Shown: positions 37,397 through 45,735 of the stretch, one piece after another
Layout: every line of letters begins with the position of its first letter
How positions within the stretch are numbered: position 1 is the stretch's first letter
Assembly (NCBI GenBank): GCA_047638115.1
Contig: JBLJBB010000010.1
Location: forward strand, 18,172-82,171
Reading direction: 5' to 3'
Length of the DNA stretch: 64,000 bases
From: Bacteroidales bacterium
GTDB lineage: Bacteria; Bacteroidota; Bacteroidia; Bacteroidales; WCHB1-69
The notes under the pieces: model-generated
Told to the model about the DNA's origin: nothing
The model's database searches: none
What the model saw: the letters and a program-made list of their open reading frames with translations, nothing else
Made by a program: the position numbers and the translations under genes

Positions 37397-38578
37397 ATGA
37401 AAGTAGGATTATTAGTTTTTTTATTTCTCATCACTCCCATTTTAGTCATTCTTATTTACCAAAAGTACCGTTTTGCAAAGAAAATCGGTACCGTAATTTT
37501 GGCTTATGCAGTGGGTGTAATTACAGCACTTTTTTTAACTTTTACAGATTTTTTAACTGTAAATCAAGCTGAATCTCTCATCAATATTGAGAATCTGATC
37601 ATGAAGATCTCAATCCCTTTAGCGATCCCTCTGATGTTATTTAATTCTGATTTTAAATTGTGGACAAAATCATTGCCAAAAACGATTGCTGCATTACTCA
37701 CTGGAATTGTTGCTGTCGTTGTTGCTATGATTGCTGGGTTTTTTATCTTTAGAAATTCAGGAATTGAAGATTTTCCAGGTGTTGCTGCTATGTTGACAGG
37801 GATTTATACTGGTGGGACAATGAATTTTACTGCATTAGGAAGTGCTTTAAAGGTTGATCCAAATGTTATTACAATTACTTTAACATTTCAAATGATCGTT
37901 ATTTTTCCTTTTGTATTGTTTGTTACAGGTGGAGGATATCGGTTTTTTAGATGGATACTTCCATTTAAAGATCCTGCTGCTTCCTTAGATGATCAATCTG
38001 CTGTAAAAATGGAAACTGTTGCATTTGAAAGATATGACAGAATGCTTCATAAATGGGTGTTTCCTAGATTAATGCTTGCTTTTGGCATTGCCATACTGAT
38101 TGTTGGGATTGGGGTTGGATTAGCCATTTTAACTACAGGCAGAATGAATGAATTGGTAATCATATTAACCATAACAACACTTGCAATAGCAGCTTCATTC
38201 TCTAAAAGAATTAGAAATCTTCCAAAAACTTTCGAATTGGGTATGTTTTTTATTCTGCTCTTCTGTGTGTCTGCTGCAGCGCAGTTTGATATTTCAAAAA
38301 TTGACACTTCTGTAATGAATTTACTCTATTTTATCATAACTATTACATTGATATCCATCACGATACACCTTCTCCTTTGTCGAATTTTTAAAGTAACAGG
38401 AGACCTTTTTACAGTAGCCATCATGGGTTTGTTCTGTTCACCACCATTTATACCACCAGCAGTTAGTGCTATGGGAAATAAAAAAGTGTTAATTAGTGGT
38501 GTGGCAATTGGACTGGTTGGCTATGCAGTGGGTACTTACTTAGGAGTGGCTCTCTATTATCTTTTCCAAATATTATAA
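37397..38578 (+). CDS. DUF819 family integral membrane protein
   Basis: About 10-12 TM helices. The GIYTGGTMNFTALGSAL block matches my recollection of DUF819. Confidence 0.5.
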   Translation: MKVGLLVFLFLITPILVILIYQKYRFAKKIGTVILAYAVGVITALFLTFTDFLTVNQAESLINIENLIMKISIPLAIPLMLFNSDFKLWTKSLPKTIAALLTGIVAVVVAMIAGFFIFRNSGIEDFPGVAAMLTGIYTGGTMNFTALGSALKVDPNVITITLTFQMIVIFPFVLFVTGGGYRFFRWILPFKDPAASLDDQSAVKMETVAFERYDRMLHKWVFPRLMLAFGIAILIVGIGVGLAILTTGRMNELVIILTITTLAIAASFSKRIRNLPKTFELGMFFILLFCVSAAAQFDISKIDTSVMNLLYFIITITLISITIHLLLCRIFKVTGDLFTVAIMGLFCSPPFIPPAVSAMGNKKVLISGVAIGLVGYAVGTYLGVALYYLFQIL

Positions 38579-38627
38579 AGCTCAAGTAGTAAAATTTATT
38601 TTTAGTAATCATTTAAAAAGATTTCCA

Positions 38628-40013
38628 ATGAAAAAGTTTTTATTTGTAACATTCGTGCTCTTTTCCTTTTCAGCTGCTTTAATGGCTCAAGAGAGTCAAA
38701 ATGAACCTGTAAAAAAGGTGAAAAAAGGGTGGAACCTCGGTCTTTTACCCAGTGTAGCTTTTGATGCAGATCTCGGTTTTCAATATGGAGTATTAACGAA
38801 TATCTTTAACTATGGAGATGGCTCTAAATATCCTGAGTATCTTCATTCTATCTATTTAGAAGCTGCATACACTACGAAAAGATATGGTATCTTTAGATTT
38901 AATTACGATTCTAAATATTTGATTCCCAACCATCGTCTAACTATAGATGCCTCATATATCCCTGATGCCATGTGCGATTTCTATGGTTATAATGGATACC
39001 AAAGTATCTACAACAATTCGTGGCACAATTCTAAGAATCTAACACCAGAATATCAATCAAGAGCTTTTTATAAATTTAGAAGAGACTTACTCAGATTAAC
39101 CGGAGATATTCAGGGTACTATCCAAAACCATTGGAAATGGAATGTTGGACTAGGTTTCCTAAATTATTCAACTGGGGCTGTCAATTTGGATGTATTAAAT
39201 AAGGGACAGGATAGTTTAGATGTACTTCCTGAAATTGAAGAATTATATGACAAATATATAAAATGGAAAATATTTGATGAAAATGAGATTCATGGGGGGT
39301 TTCATCCATACATTCGTTGTGGTGTTGTATATGATTCCAGAGACAGACAAGCCAATGCTTCCAAAGGGATCTATTCTAACCTATTTCTAACTTATACGAG
39401 TGCATTTGCAGAAAAAAAAGAGTTTAATAATATCAAGTTAAATGCTGTTTATCAACATTATATCCCATTGGTTAAAGAGAAGTTAACATTTGCCTATAGA
39501 GTGGGGGCACAACTTCTTATTGCTGGGAAAAGTCCATTTTATATGGATAACTATTTAAACACTCTTTTTCTACAAAGAGCTATGTATGAAGCAATTGGCG
39601 GCGCTAATTCCACCCGTGGAGTACTCAGAAGCAGAGTATTAGCAGATGGATTTGGATATGCAAATTTTGAATTCAGATGGAAAGCTTTCCAATTTGATAT
39701 CGGAAAACAACATTTTTATATTGGGTTTAATCCATTTATTGATATGGGTATGGTATTGCAACCCAATAAAATAGATGAAACAGCGGTTATCACTGCAGCA
39801 CAAAATGATCCAACGATTGTTATTTCTCAATTAGACCAATATTTTGATTTTGAAACCTCATCCATTTACAAACCCCATTTTTCTGTGGGTTGTGGATTAA
39901 AAGTGGCTATGAATGAAAACTTTGTAGTTTCTGTGGATTGGGCAATGCCAATTAATGAACAAGATGGTGCTAAGAAAACCAATTTTTACATTAAAATGGG
40001 CTATTTATTTTAG
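38628..40013 (+). CDS. Omp85/BamA-TamA family outer-membrane beta-barrel without recognisable POTRA domains
   Basis: Signal peptide, alternating-hydrophobicity strands throughout, and the C-terminal signature FYIKMGYLF ending in Phe. Confidence 0.6.
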   Translation: MKKFLFVTFVLFSFSAALMAQESQNEPVKKVKKGWNLGLLPSVAFDADLGFQYGVLTNIFNYGDGSKYPEYLHSIYLEAAYTTKRYGIFRFNYDSKYLIPNHRLTIDASYIPDAMCDFYGYNGYQSIYNNSWHNSKNLTPEYQSRAFYKFRRDLLRLTGDIQGTIQNHWKWNVGLGFLNYSTGAVNLDVLNKGQDSLDVLPEIEELYDKYIKWKIFDENEIHGGFHPYIRCGVVYDSRDRQANASKGIYSNLFLTYTSAFAEKKEFNNIKLNAVYQHYIPLVKEKLTFAYRVGAQLLIAGKSPFYMDNYLNTLFLQRAMYEAIGGANSTRGVLRSRVLADGFGYANFEFRWKAFQFDIGKQHFYIGFNPFIDMGMVLQPNKIDETAVITAAQNDPTIVISQLDQYFDFETSSIYKPHFSVGCGLKVAMNENFVVSVDWAMPINEQDGAKKTNFYIKMGYLF

Positions 40014-40016
40014 AAA

Positions 40017-40757
40017 ATGATCCACGGAAAAAAAATAATAGTAGTAATGCCCGCATATAATGCGGAAAAAACTCTTGAACAAACTTATGCTGAGATCCCT
40101 TTTGATATTGTGGATCAAGTGATACTCACGGACGATTGCAGCAAAGACAATACTGTAGAAACTGCGCATAGACTAGGCATTCATGAAGTATTGATACATG
40201 ATAAAAATAAGGGGTATGGGGGAAATCAAAAGACATGTTACAACAAAGCTTTAGAGTTAGGAGCTGACATTGTGATTATGTTGCATCCAGATTATCAATA
40301 TACACCTAAGTTAATCTATTCAATAAGTTATATCATTGCACAAGATTTGTATCCCGTAGTTTGTGCATCTCGAATATTAGGGAAAGGGGCTCGTAAAGGG
40401 GGGATGCCACTTATTAAATACGTGGCAAACCGTTTCCTAACTTTATTTCAAAATATTCTTTTGAATCAAAAACTTTCGGAATATCATACAGGGTATCGTG
40501 CTTTTTCGAAAGAGGTGTTACAAAAAGTGCCCTATAATATCAATTCTGACGACTTTATCTTTGACAATGAGATGTTAGCTCAGATTTTCTACAACGGCTT
40601 TGAGATCGCAGAAATCACATGTCCAACCAAATATTTTGAAGAAGCATCATCGATAAATCTTACCAGAAGTTTTATATACGGATTTGGGGTGATCCGGGTT
40701 TCCATTCTCTACCGCCTCGCTAAGTGGAAAATATTTAAATCAAGATTATTTAGATAA
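40017..40757 (+). CDS. family 2 glycosyltransferase (soluble)
   Basis: IIVVMPAYNAEKTL...LTDDCSKDNT...HPDYQY. It starts 3 nt after the barrel gene stop. Confidence 0.85.
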   Translation: MIHGKKIIVVMPAYNAEKTLEQTYAEIPFDIVDQVILTDDCSKDNTVETAHRLGIHEVLIHDKNKGYGGNQKTCYNKALELGADIVIMLHPDYQYTPKLIYSISYIIAQDLYPVVCASRILGKGARKGGMPLIKYVANRFLTLFQNILLNQKLSEYHTGYRAFSKEVLQKVPYNINSDDFIFDNEMLAQIFYNGFEIAEITCPTKYFEEASSINLTRSFIYGFGVIRVSILYRLAKWKIFKSRLFR

Positions 40758-40761
40758 AAAA

Positions 40762-40784
40762 AAGGACCCCTTTCGGAGTCCTTT
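40762..40784. terminator. bidirectional rho-independent terminator
   Basis: AAGGACCCC-TTTC-GGAGTCCTT (one internal mismatch) preceded by A8 and followed by T-rich sequence, between convergent genes. Confidence 0.7.
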
Positions 40785-40810
40785 GATATTATATTGAAAT
40801 AAGCATTCAA

Positions 40811-43800
40811 TTAGGGTAATATATTAAATCTAGTTTTTGGCAAGAAACTGATCAAAGTATTAGTAGTTCCTCTTGTATGTCTACTTGCAGAAGTTTGAGT
40901 AATTCCGTAGAAGGTAGCAGCTTTAAAAACTCCAATAGTATTTGAGAATTCTATTAGTAGATTTCCTCCGGTATATGTGAAAGGTGAACTAAATGTTATA
41001 GTTAATGTAGCAGTAGTTCCACTACCAACTGTAGGCATTAAACCAACAAATACTGTATTAGGTGGTGTAGGTTGTATTCCTAATGCTAAATCTCCAACGC
41101 TTGTTGTCCCAATTTTAAATGTTCCTATACAAGTCCAAGGAGCTGAAGGGGGTGAACTAAAATAAAAAACTAAACTTGAGATTTGACGCCCAACTAAATG
41201 GGTTAACATTGATTCAGGATAAACCATTTGATTTAAATGTACTGCGTCTGTCCAAAGACCATTTATCGGAATAGAGGTATTTGTAGTAGTACCATTAGCT
41301 AAAAGTAAGTATGATATATTAAATGTTACATTTACATTAAATGTAATTTTAAAATAGCTATTGGTGTCAGTTGGAGAAAACGTTACACTGTAATTGCCTG
41401 GAGTTTCTAGTAATGTAGCTGGAGTTGTCCAAGCGAAAGTTCCAGGAACAGGAATACTATTATATTCTACTAATCCATCAGTAAATGTTAACGTACTTAA
41501 TGCATTTCCTTGCGCAGGAGATCCAACAACAGTTGGTGGTGTTATTAGAGTAGGAGTAACAAAGTTGGTTTTAAATACAACACGAATAGTATTATTTGAA
41601 TTTATATTATTAAATGTATAACTTTTTCCAGGAATTGAATCAGGTACGTTTATACCATTAACAAGTAATGAATCTAAGAAATAGTATTGATTAGGTGTAA
41701 TTGTGTATTTTTGAGATGAAGCTGGAAGTTTATTAGTTCCTCCAAGTGGACTAATCGTACCATTTGGACCAGTTGAAGAAGTAATGGTATTCGTTCTGAA
41801 AACAACCCGAATAGTATGATCTTCATTTACATTAGTGAAAGTAAACCTTTTTCCTGGAATAGAATCAGGACGATTAATTCCATCTACAATTAGAGAATCT
41901 AAGAAATAATTAGTACTTGGTGTAATCGTATAAATTTGAGAGCTATTGGGAGCCTTTATAGTTGCCCCAGAAGGACTAATCGACCCATTTGCAGCTGCAG
42001 TTGCGGTAATAATATTAGCATCATAAACTGCTCTAATTGTATGAGGTTCATTAACATTAGTAAAGGTATAACTTTTTCCAGGAATTGAATCGGGACGATT
42101 AATTCCATCTACAATAAGAGAATCTAACCAACAATTAGTAGCTGGAACAAATGTGAATTTTTGAGTTCCATTTTTACCAACAGAAACAGAGCCAGATGGA
42201 GATATGGTTCCATTAGAACCAGTTGATGCAGAAATAATATTAAAACATCCTGCAATTACAAATTGTCCAGGGCTAACAACAGGTTGGACTTCAGATAATA
42301 AAACAGTATTTTCACTTAGAATTTGAACTCTCATTTCACTCGGATATTGTCCAGGAGAAGTCACAACCACTCTGATTGTATCACCAGGTTGAGCAGCAAA
42401 TGGATAATCATACCAATTTGAACTAGATTCTGTAACAGATATGTTGTTATAAACTGTATTACCATTGATAAACAAAGATACATTACCATTGTTCCAACTG
42501 TCACTTGCTGTATCTCTCATCTTTAACAAATGAGGACAACCATTAATAATTTTGCGATTTCCGGATGGATTGCCATTTAATGGAGAAACAGTTAATCTTT
42601 CAACAGTTGCGTTAGTGAGAGTTGCGTCAACAAAATTATTTACAGTTGCACTTGCACTAATATCATATGTTAACCAAAAATTGTTTAAACCACATGATAA
42701 AGGTTGATTCCCTGAAAATGTAAATGTTCCATTTGGATTTACTACAATATTTCCAAAAGTTGTTGTTGTTGCAAAAGTGTTTGAAGACCCAGTGAAATAT
42801 AATTTTGCATTAAGCAAATCAGAAACAGTAGTTGTTCCAGTAGTTGTAAAAGTAATTTCAGTTAATGAGGAAGAAATAATTGTTTCAATTTCAATTTTCA
42901 TGATTTGAACATTTTGTTCACCCATATTAACTGCTCCTGTATTTGGGTGGATAGCATTTATCTTTGTTGGTTGATATTCAATATTGCTGGAACTTGTAAA
43001 ATTGGAATTACACCCAATTCTATATGAAGAATTATTCAAAGTGCCATTTTCACCTACAGTAGCAATAATTTGAGCATTATTTGAAAAGTTGTCGAATTCA
43101 TAATACCCAACTAAATTAGCATAATTGGTGTGTGTATTGTTAACGGATTTGTTATACCAGGATTGTAGTAATGGTTGTGTTAAAGCAGTATTCCATATTC
43201 TAACTTCATCTATATTGCCATGAAAATACCTTTCATTATATCGTGGGCTTCTTCCAATTTCAACTGGATTTGAACTTACAGCTATACTTCCACTCAATGT
43301 TTTGGTACCAACTTCAACTCCATTTCTAAATATCTTCATTGTACTTCCATCAAAAGTAGCAGCAACATGTTGCCATTCGTTTAGAACTAAAATACTGGAT
43401 GTAGTAAGCTCAGTTAAAGAACTCCCATTTCCAATAGCAAAACGTAATGTTCTTGATGATGAACCACAAGTTAAAACATAACCTGCACTACCTGTAGATT
43501 GTTCATTTGAAATAATAGTTCCCCAAGCATTTGAATAAGTGAATATTGTAGGGTATATCCAAGCTTCAAGTGTTAAAGCTGTTGTAGGATTTAAAGTAGA
43601 CGTATTACTAATCTGAGCATTTGAAACTGGAGCTCCACTAAAAGTTAAAAATGAGTTTAAATTAGCAGATGTTACTGTCCACAAAGCCCAAAATTGTTTG
43701 TTTCCGGATTCAACATTGCTTATAGTTGTGATAGGGCTTCCTGTGAAGGCAGCATTATCATACCAACCGTCAAATCTGTTGTTTAATTTTGTTGGGATTG

Positions 43801-45439
43801 GTAATGTAGCTCCTACACCTTGAATATACGTTACAGGGTATTCAGCTGGCATTGCACCACCGTTTATGTTATATGTAATTGGGAATCTGTATAGAATGGT
43901 TAAATCTAGAGTTGCTGTACTGTCACAACCCACTGCATTGGTTAAAGTTGCAGTATAAACACCAGAGGTTGTATATGTTTGCTCGTTCCAAGTATATGTG
44001 TTATACTCAGTTAATGAAACAGATGGAGAAGAAGTGCTATTTCTAATGGTTAAATTTAAGGTAACAATGCTATCACAACCTGCTTCATTTGTAATGGTAA
44101 ATACAGGAGAATCAGTGCTTTCAGTGTATGTTACATCATTAATCCAAGTGTAAGAATCACAATGATCTTGTACATCTATACCGTAAGTTTTATTTCTGAT
44201 CGTTAAATTTAAAGTTACAACACTGTCGCAACCAGCAGCATTAACTAATGTATACGTTGGTTCGTTTGTGCTCTCAGTATATGTTTCTCCATCAATCCAA
44301 GTGTAAGCATCACAATGGTTTTGAACATCAATACCAGTAGTCATTTTTCTGATGGTCAAGTTTAAAGTAACAGTACTATCACAACCATTTGAATTGGTTA
44401 CAACAAAGGTTGGAGTGTTGGTGCTTTCAGTATAAGTAATTCCATCAATCCACTCATAAGAATCACAATGATCTTGAACATCAATACCAGTATTGCTGTA
44501 TCTTACTTCTAGATTTAAAGTAACAATACTATCGCAACCTAAATAGTTTTCTATCGTTGCAGTATGCGTTCCACTAACAGTATAGGTTTGTTCTGTTAAA
44601 TCCCAATAGTAAGAATCACAAGCTATAATATCTAAAGTACCATAAGTTGTATAATTAACCGTTAACAACAATGTAGAAACACTATCATTAGGGAAATTAC
44701 CCACATATCTACCTGTTTCAGTAAAAGTTTCTCCATTCCAAGTATAAGAATCACAAGCTGTAACCTCTTCAACGCCATAAGGTGGAGCTTTCACACAACG
44801 AACACTTAGCATATTGTATTTGTTCATCGTCATGTTTGAATTTAGTCTACAGTCAAATGGAAAAATTCCACAAGAAGCTGTAGTTCCATTGTAATTTAAC
44901 GCCCAAAGGTAACCTGCTAATTTGTACTCATAAAAATTTTGAGTTTGAGCATTATAATACCCTGCAGGTAACATATTGAATCCACTTGTCCCTGCTGGTG
45001 GCATTGTTGAACTATAAACCCAATATGAATTTTCATTAATACGAGGGTCTCCAGAATTGTATAACAATTCTAATTGACCAGCCGTAGGAATCATCCATTC
45101 ATTAGGACAAATACCTTGAACACGCTCACTAATCGCCTTTGGAGGAATGGCATTGCTACCTTCTGGGATACCCACTGCAGTGTACCAAGAGTATAAATAT
45201 CCCATTGATGATGGAATATTTGGATAAACCATATACGTTGGTGTAACTCCTTCAACATTTGATTGAGTTCCATAACTGGTAGAACGAAGGTTCTCTTTCA
45301 TCCAACAATTACCTCCCACCCATATTGTAGTGTAGGTGTTTCCATCGGGTGTAGTGACGGTTGTTGGACAAAGTGATTGTTGACTATAAGCTGCAAAAGC
45401 AAAAGTCAACAAGACTAAAAAAGTAAGAATTCTTTTCAT
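40811..45439 (-). CDS. 1542-aa mosaic cell-surface protein (FISUMP + Cys-repeat modules + Listeria-Bacteroides repeat + LamG + BNR_assoc_N-like + 3 InlB-B-like repeats)
   Basis: Signal peptide. aa ~24-218: FISUMP motifs GNCWMKENL, MGYLYSW, CPNEWMIPT..QLELL, LSVRCVK. aa ~226-516: six ~48-aa modules ending CDSxVTLNLTI. aa ~518-590: FDGWYDN...FWALW. aa ~592-760: LamG (LEAWIYP...WQHVAATFDG...GNIDEVRIWN). aa ~830-950: sialidase-N-terminal-like domain. aa 1068-1292: three 75-aa repeats. Confidence 0.85.
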   Translation of the reverse strand: MKRILTFLVLLTFAFAAYSQQSLCPTTVTTPDGNTYTTIWVGGNCWMKENLRSTSYGTQSNVEGVTPTYMVYPNIPSSMGYLYSWYTAVGIPEGSNAIPPKAISERVQGICPNEWMIPTAGQLELLYNSGDPRINENSYWVYSSTMPPAGTSGFNMLPAGYYNAQTQNFYEYKLAGYLWALNYNGTTASCGIFPFDCRLNSNMTMNKYNMLSVRCVKAPPYGVEEVTACDSYTWNGETFTETGRYVGNFPNDSVSTLLLTVNYTTYGTLDIIACDSYYWDLTEQTYTVSGTHTATIENYLGCDSIVTLNLEVRYSNTGIDVQDHCDSYEWIDGITYTESTNTPTFVVTNSNGCDSTVTLNLTIRKMTTGIDVQNHCDAYTWIDGETYTESTNEPTYTLVNAAGCDSVVTLNLTIRNKTYGIDVQDHCDSYTWINDVTYTESTDSPVFTITNEAGCDSIVTLNLTIRNSTSSPSVSLTEYNTYTWNEQTYTTSGVYTATLTNAVGCDSTATLDLTILYRFPITYNINGGAMPAEYPVTYIQGVGATLPIPTKLNNRFDGWYDNAAFTGSPITTISNVESGNKQFWALWTVTSANLNSFLTFSGAPVSNAQISNTSTLNPTTALTLEAWIYPTIFTYSNAWGTIISNEQSTGSAGYVLTCGSSSRTLRFAIGNGSSLTELTTSSILVLNEWQHVAATFDGSTMKIFRNGVEVGTKTLSGSIAVSSNPVEIGRSPRYNERYFHGNIDEVRIWNTALTQPLLQSWYNKSVNNTHTNYANLVGYYEFDNFSNNAQIIATVGENGTLNNSSYRIGCNSNFTSSSNIEYQPTKINAIHPNTGAVNMGEQNVQIMKIEIETIISSSLTEITFTTTGTTTVSDLLNAKLYFTGSSNTFATTTTFGNIVVNPNGTFTFSGNQPLSCGLNNFWLTYDISASATVNNFVDATLTNATVERLTVSPLNGNPSGNRKIINGCPHLLKMRDTASDSWNNGNVSLFINGNTVYNNISVTESSSNWYDYPFAAQPGDTIRVVVTSPGQYPSEMRVQILSENTVLLSEVQPVVSPGQFVIAGCFNIISASTGSNGTISPSGSVSVGKNGTQKFTFVPATNCWLDSLIVDGINRPDSIPGKSYTFTNVNEPHTIRAVYDANIITATAAANGSISPSGATIKAPNSSQIYTITPSTNYFLDSLIVDGINRPDSIPGKRFTFTNVNEDHTIRVVFRTNTITSSTGPNGTISPLGGTNKLPASSQKYTITPNQYYFLDSLLVNGINVPDSIPGKSYTFNNINSNNTIRVVFKTNFVTPTLITPPTVVGSPAQGNALSTLTFTDGLVEYNSIPVPGTFAWTTPATLLETPGNYSVTFSPTDTNSYFKITFNVNVTFNISYLLLANGTTTNTSIPINGLWTDAVHLNQMVYPESMLTHLVGRQISSLVFYFSSPPSAPWTCIGTFKIGTTSVGDLALGIQPTPPNTVFVGLMPTVGSGTTATLTITFSSPFTYTGGNLLIEFSNTIGVFKAATFYGITQTSASRHTRGTTNTLISFLPKTRFNILP
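41570..42238 (-). repeat. intragenic tandem array of three ~225-bp (75-aa) InlB-B-like repeats
   Basis: NGTISPSG...YTITP..NYFLDSLIVDGINRPDSIPGK.(Y/F)TFTNVNE.HTIR.V(F/Y) occurs three times. Nucleotide copies are visibly ~85% identical (compare 41821-41900 with 42046-42125). Confidence 0.75.
43892..44764 (-). repeat. intragenic tandem array of six ~144-bp (48-aa) Cys-containing modules
   Basis: Protein-level repeats xCDSYxWxxxTYTxSxxxxxxxxNxxGCDSxVTLNLTIR, read six times in a row. Coordinates converted from residues ~226-516. Confidence 0.75.
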
Positions 45440-45531
45440 AAAAACAGGTTTAATTATACATTAAAATTTAATAAATTTAATAATCAGAACATTAGAATCA
45501 TACGTATAAACATACAATAAGTTTCAATCGA

Positions 45532-45539
45532 CAAATATA
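45532..45539 (-). promoter_or_regulatory. candidate -7 box TATATTTG for the 1542-aa surface protein gene
   Basis: The plus strand reads CAAATATA, 93 nt upstream of the start at 45439. Confidence 0.4.
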
Positions 45540-45705
45540 GTAATTTTTTTAATTACTTTTATTAATTCTGATTTTTTTTTAAACAATTATTTGTTTATTC
45601 ATAAATAATTGAAAGATAGAGTGTAAGAATGTTTATAGATATTATATTTAAACATTTCTAACTTAAATAGTTCGAATATCAAAATAAATTTAAAGCAAAA
45701 AATAG

Positions 45706-45713
45706 TATCTTTG
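45706..45713 (+). promoter_or_regulatory. candidate -7 box TATCTTTG for the 1496-aa protein gene
   Basis: Exact match, 23 nt upstream of the ATG at 45736. Confidence 0.5.
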
Positions 45714-45735
45714 CCCCATTAAATCGTATTTTTTT

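Noticed and set aside
37345-37572. 75-aa plus-strand ORF overlapping the start of the DUF819 gene in another frame.
   Set aside because: It begins upstream of the -7 box at 37369-37376 and overlaps a 393-aa multi-TM ORF that starts at the expected distance from that box.
40811-41100. Type-A T9SS C-terminal sorting domain on the 1542-aa surface protein.
   Set aside because: The last ~90 aa lack the pattern seen in the four clear CTDs of this window (YPNP... then G(I/L/F)Y(F/I/Y)... then a K-rich beta-strand end). I cannot exclude a type-B CTD.
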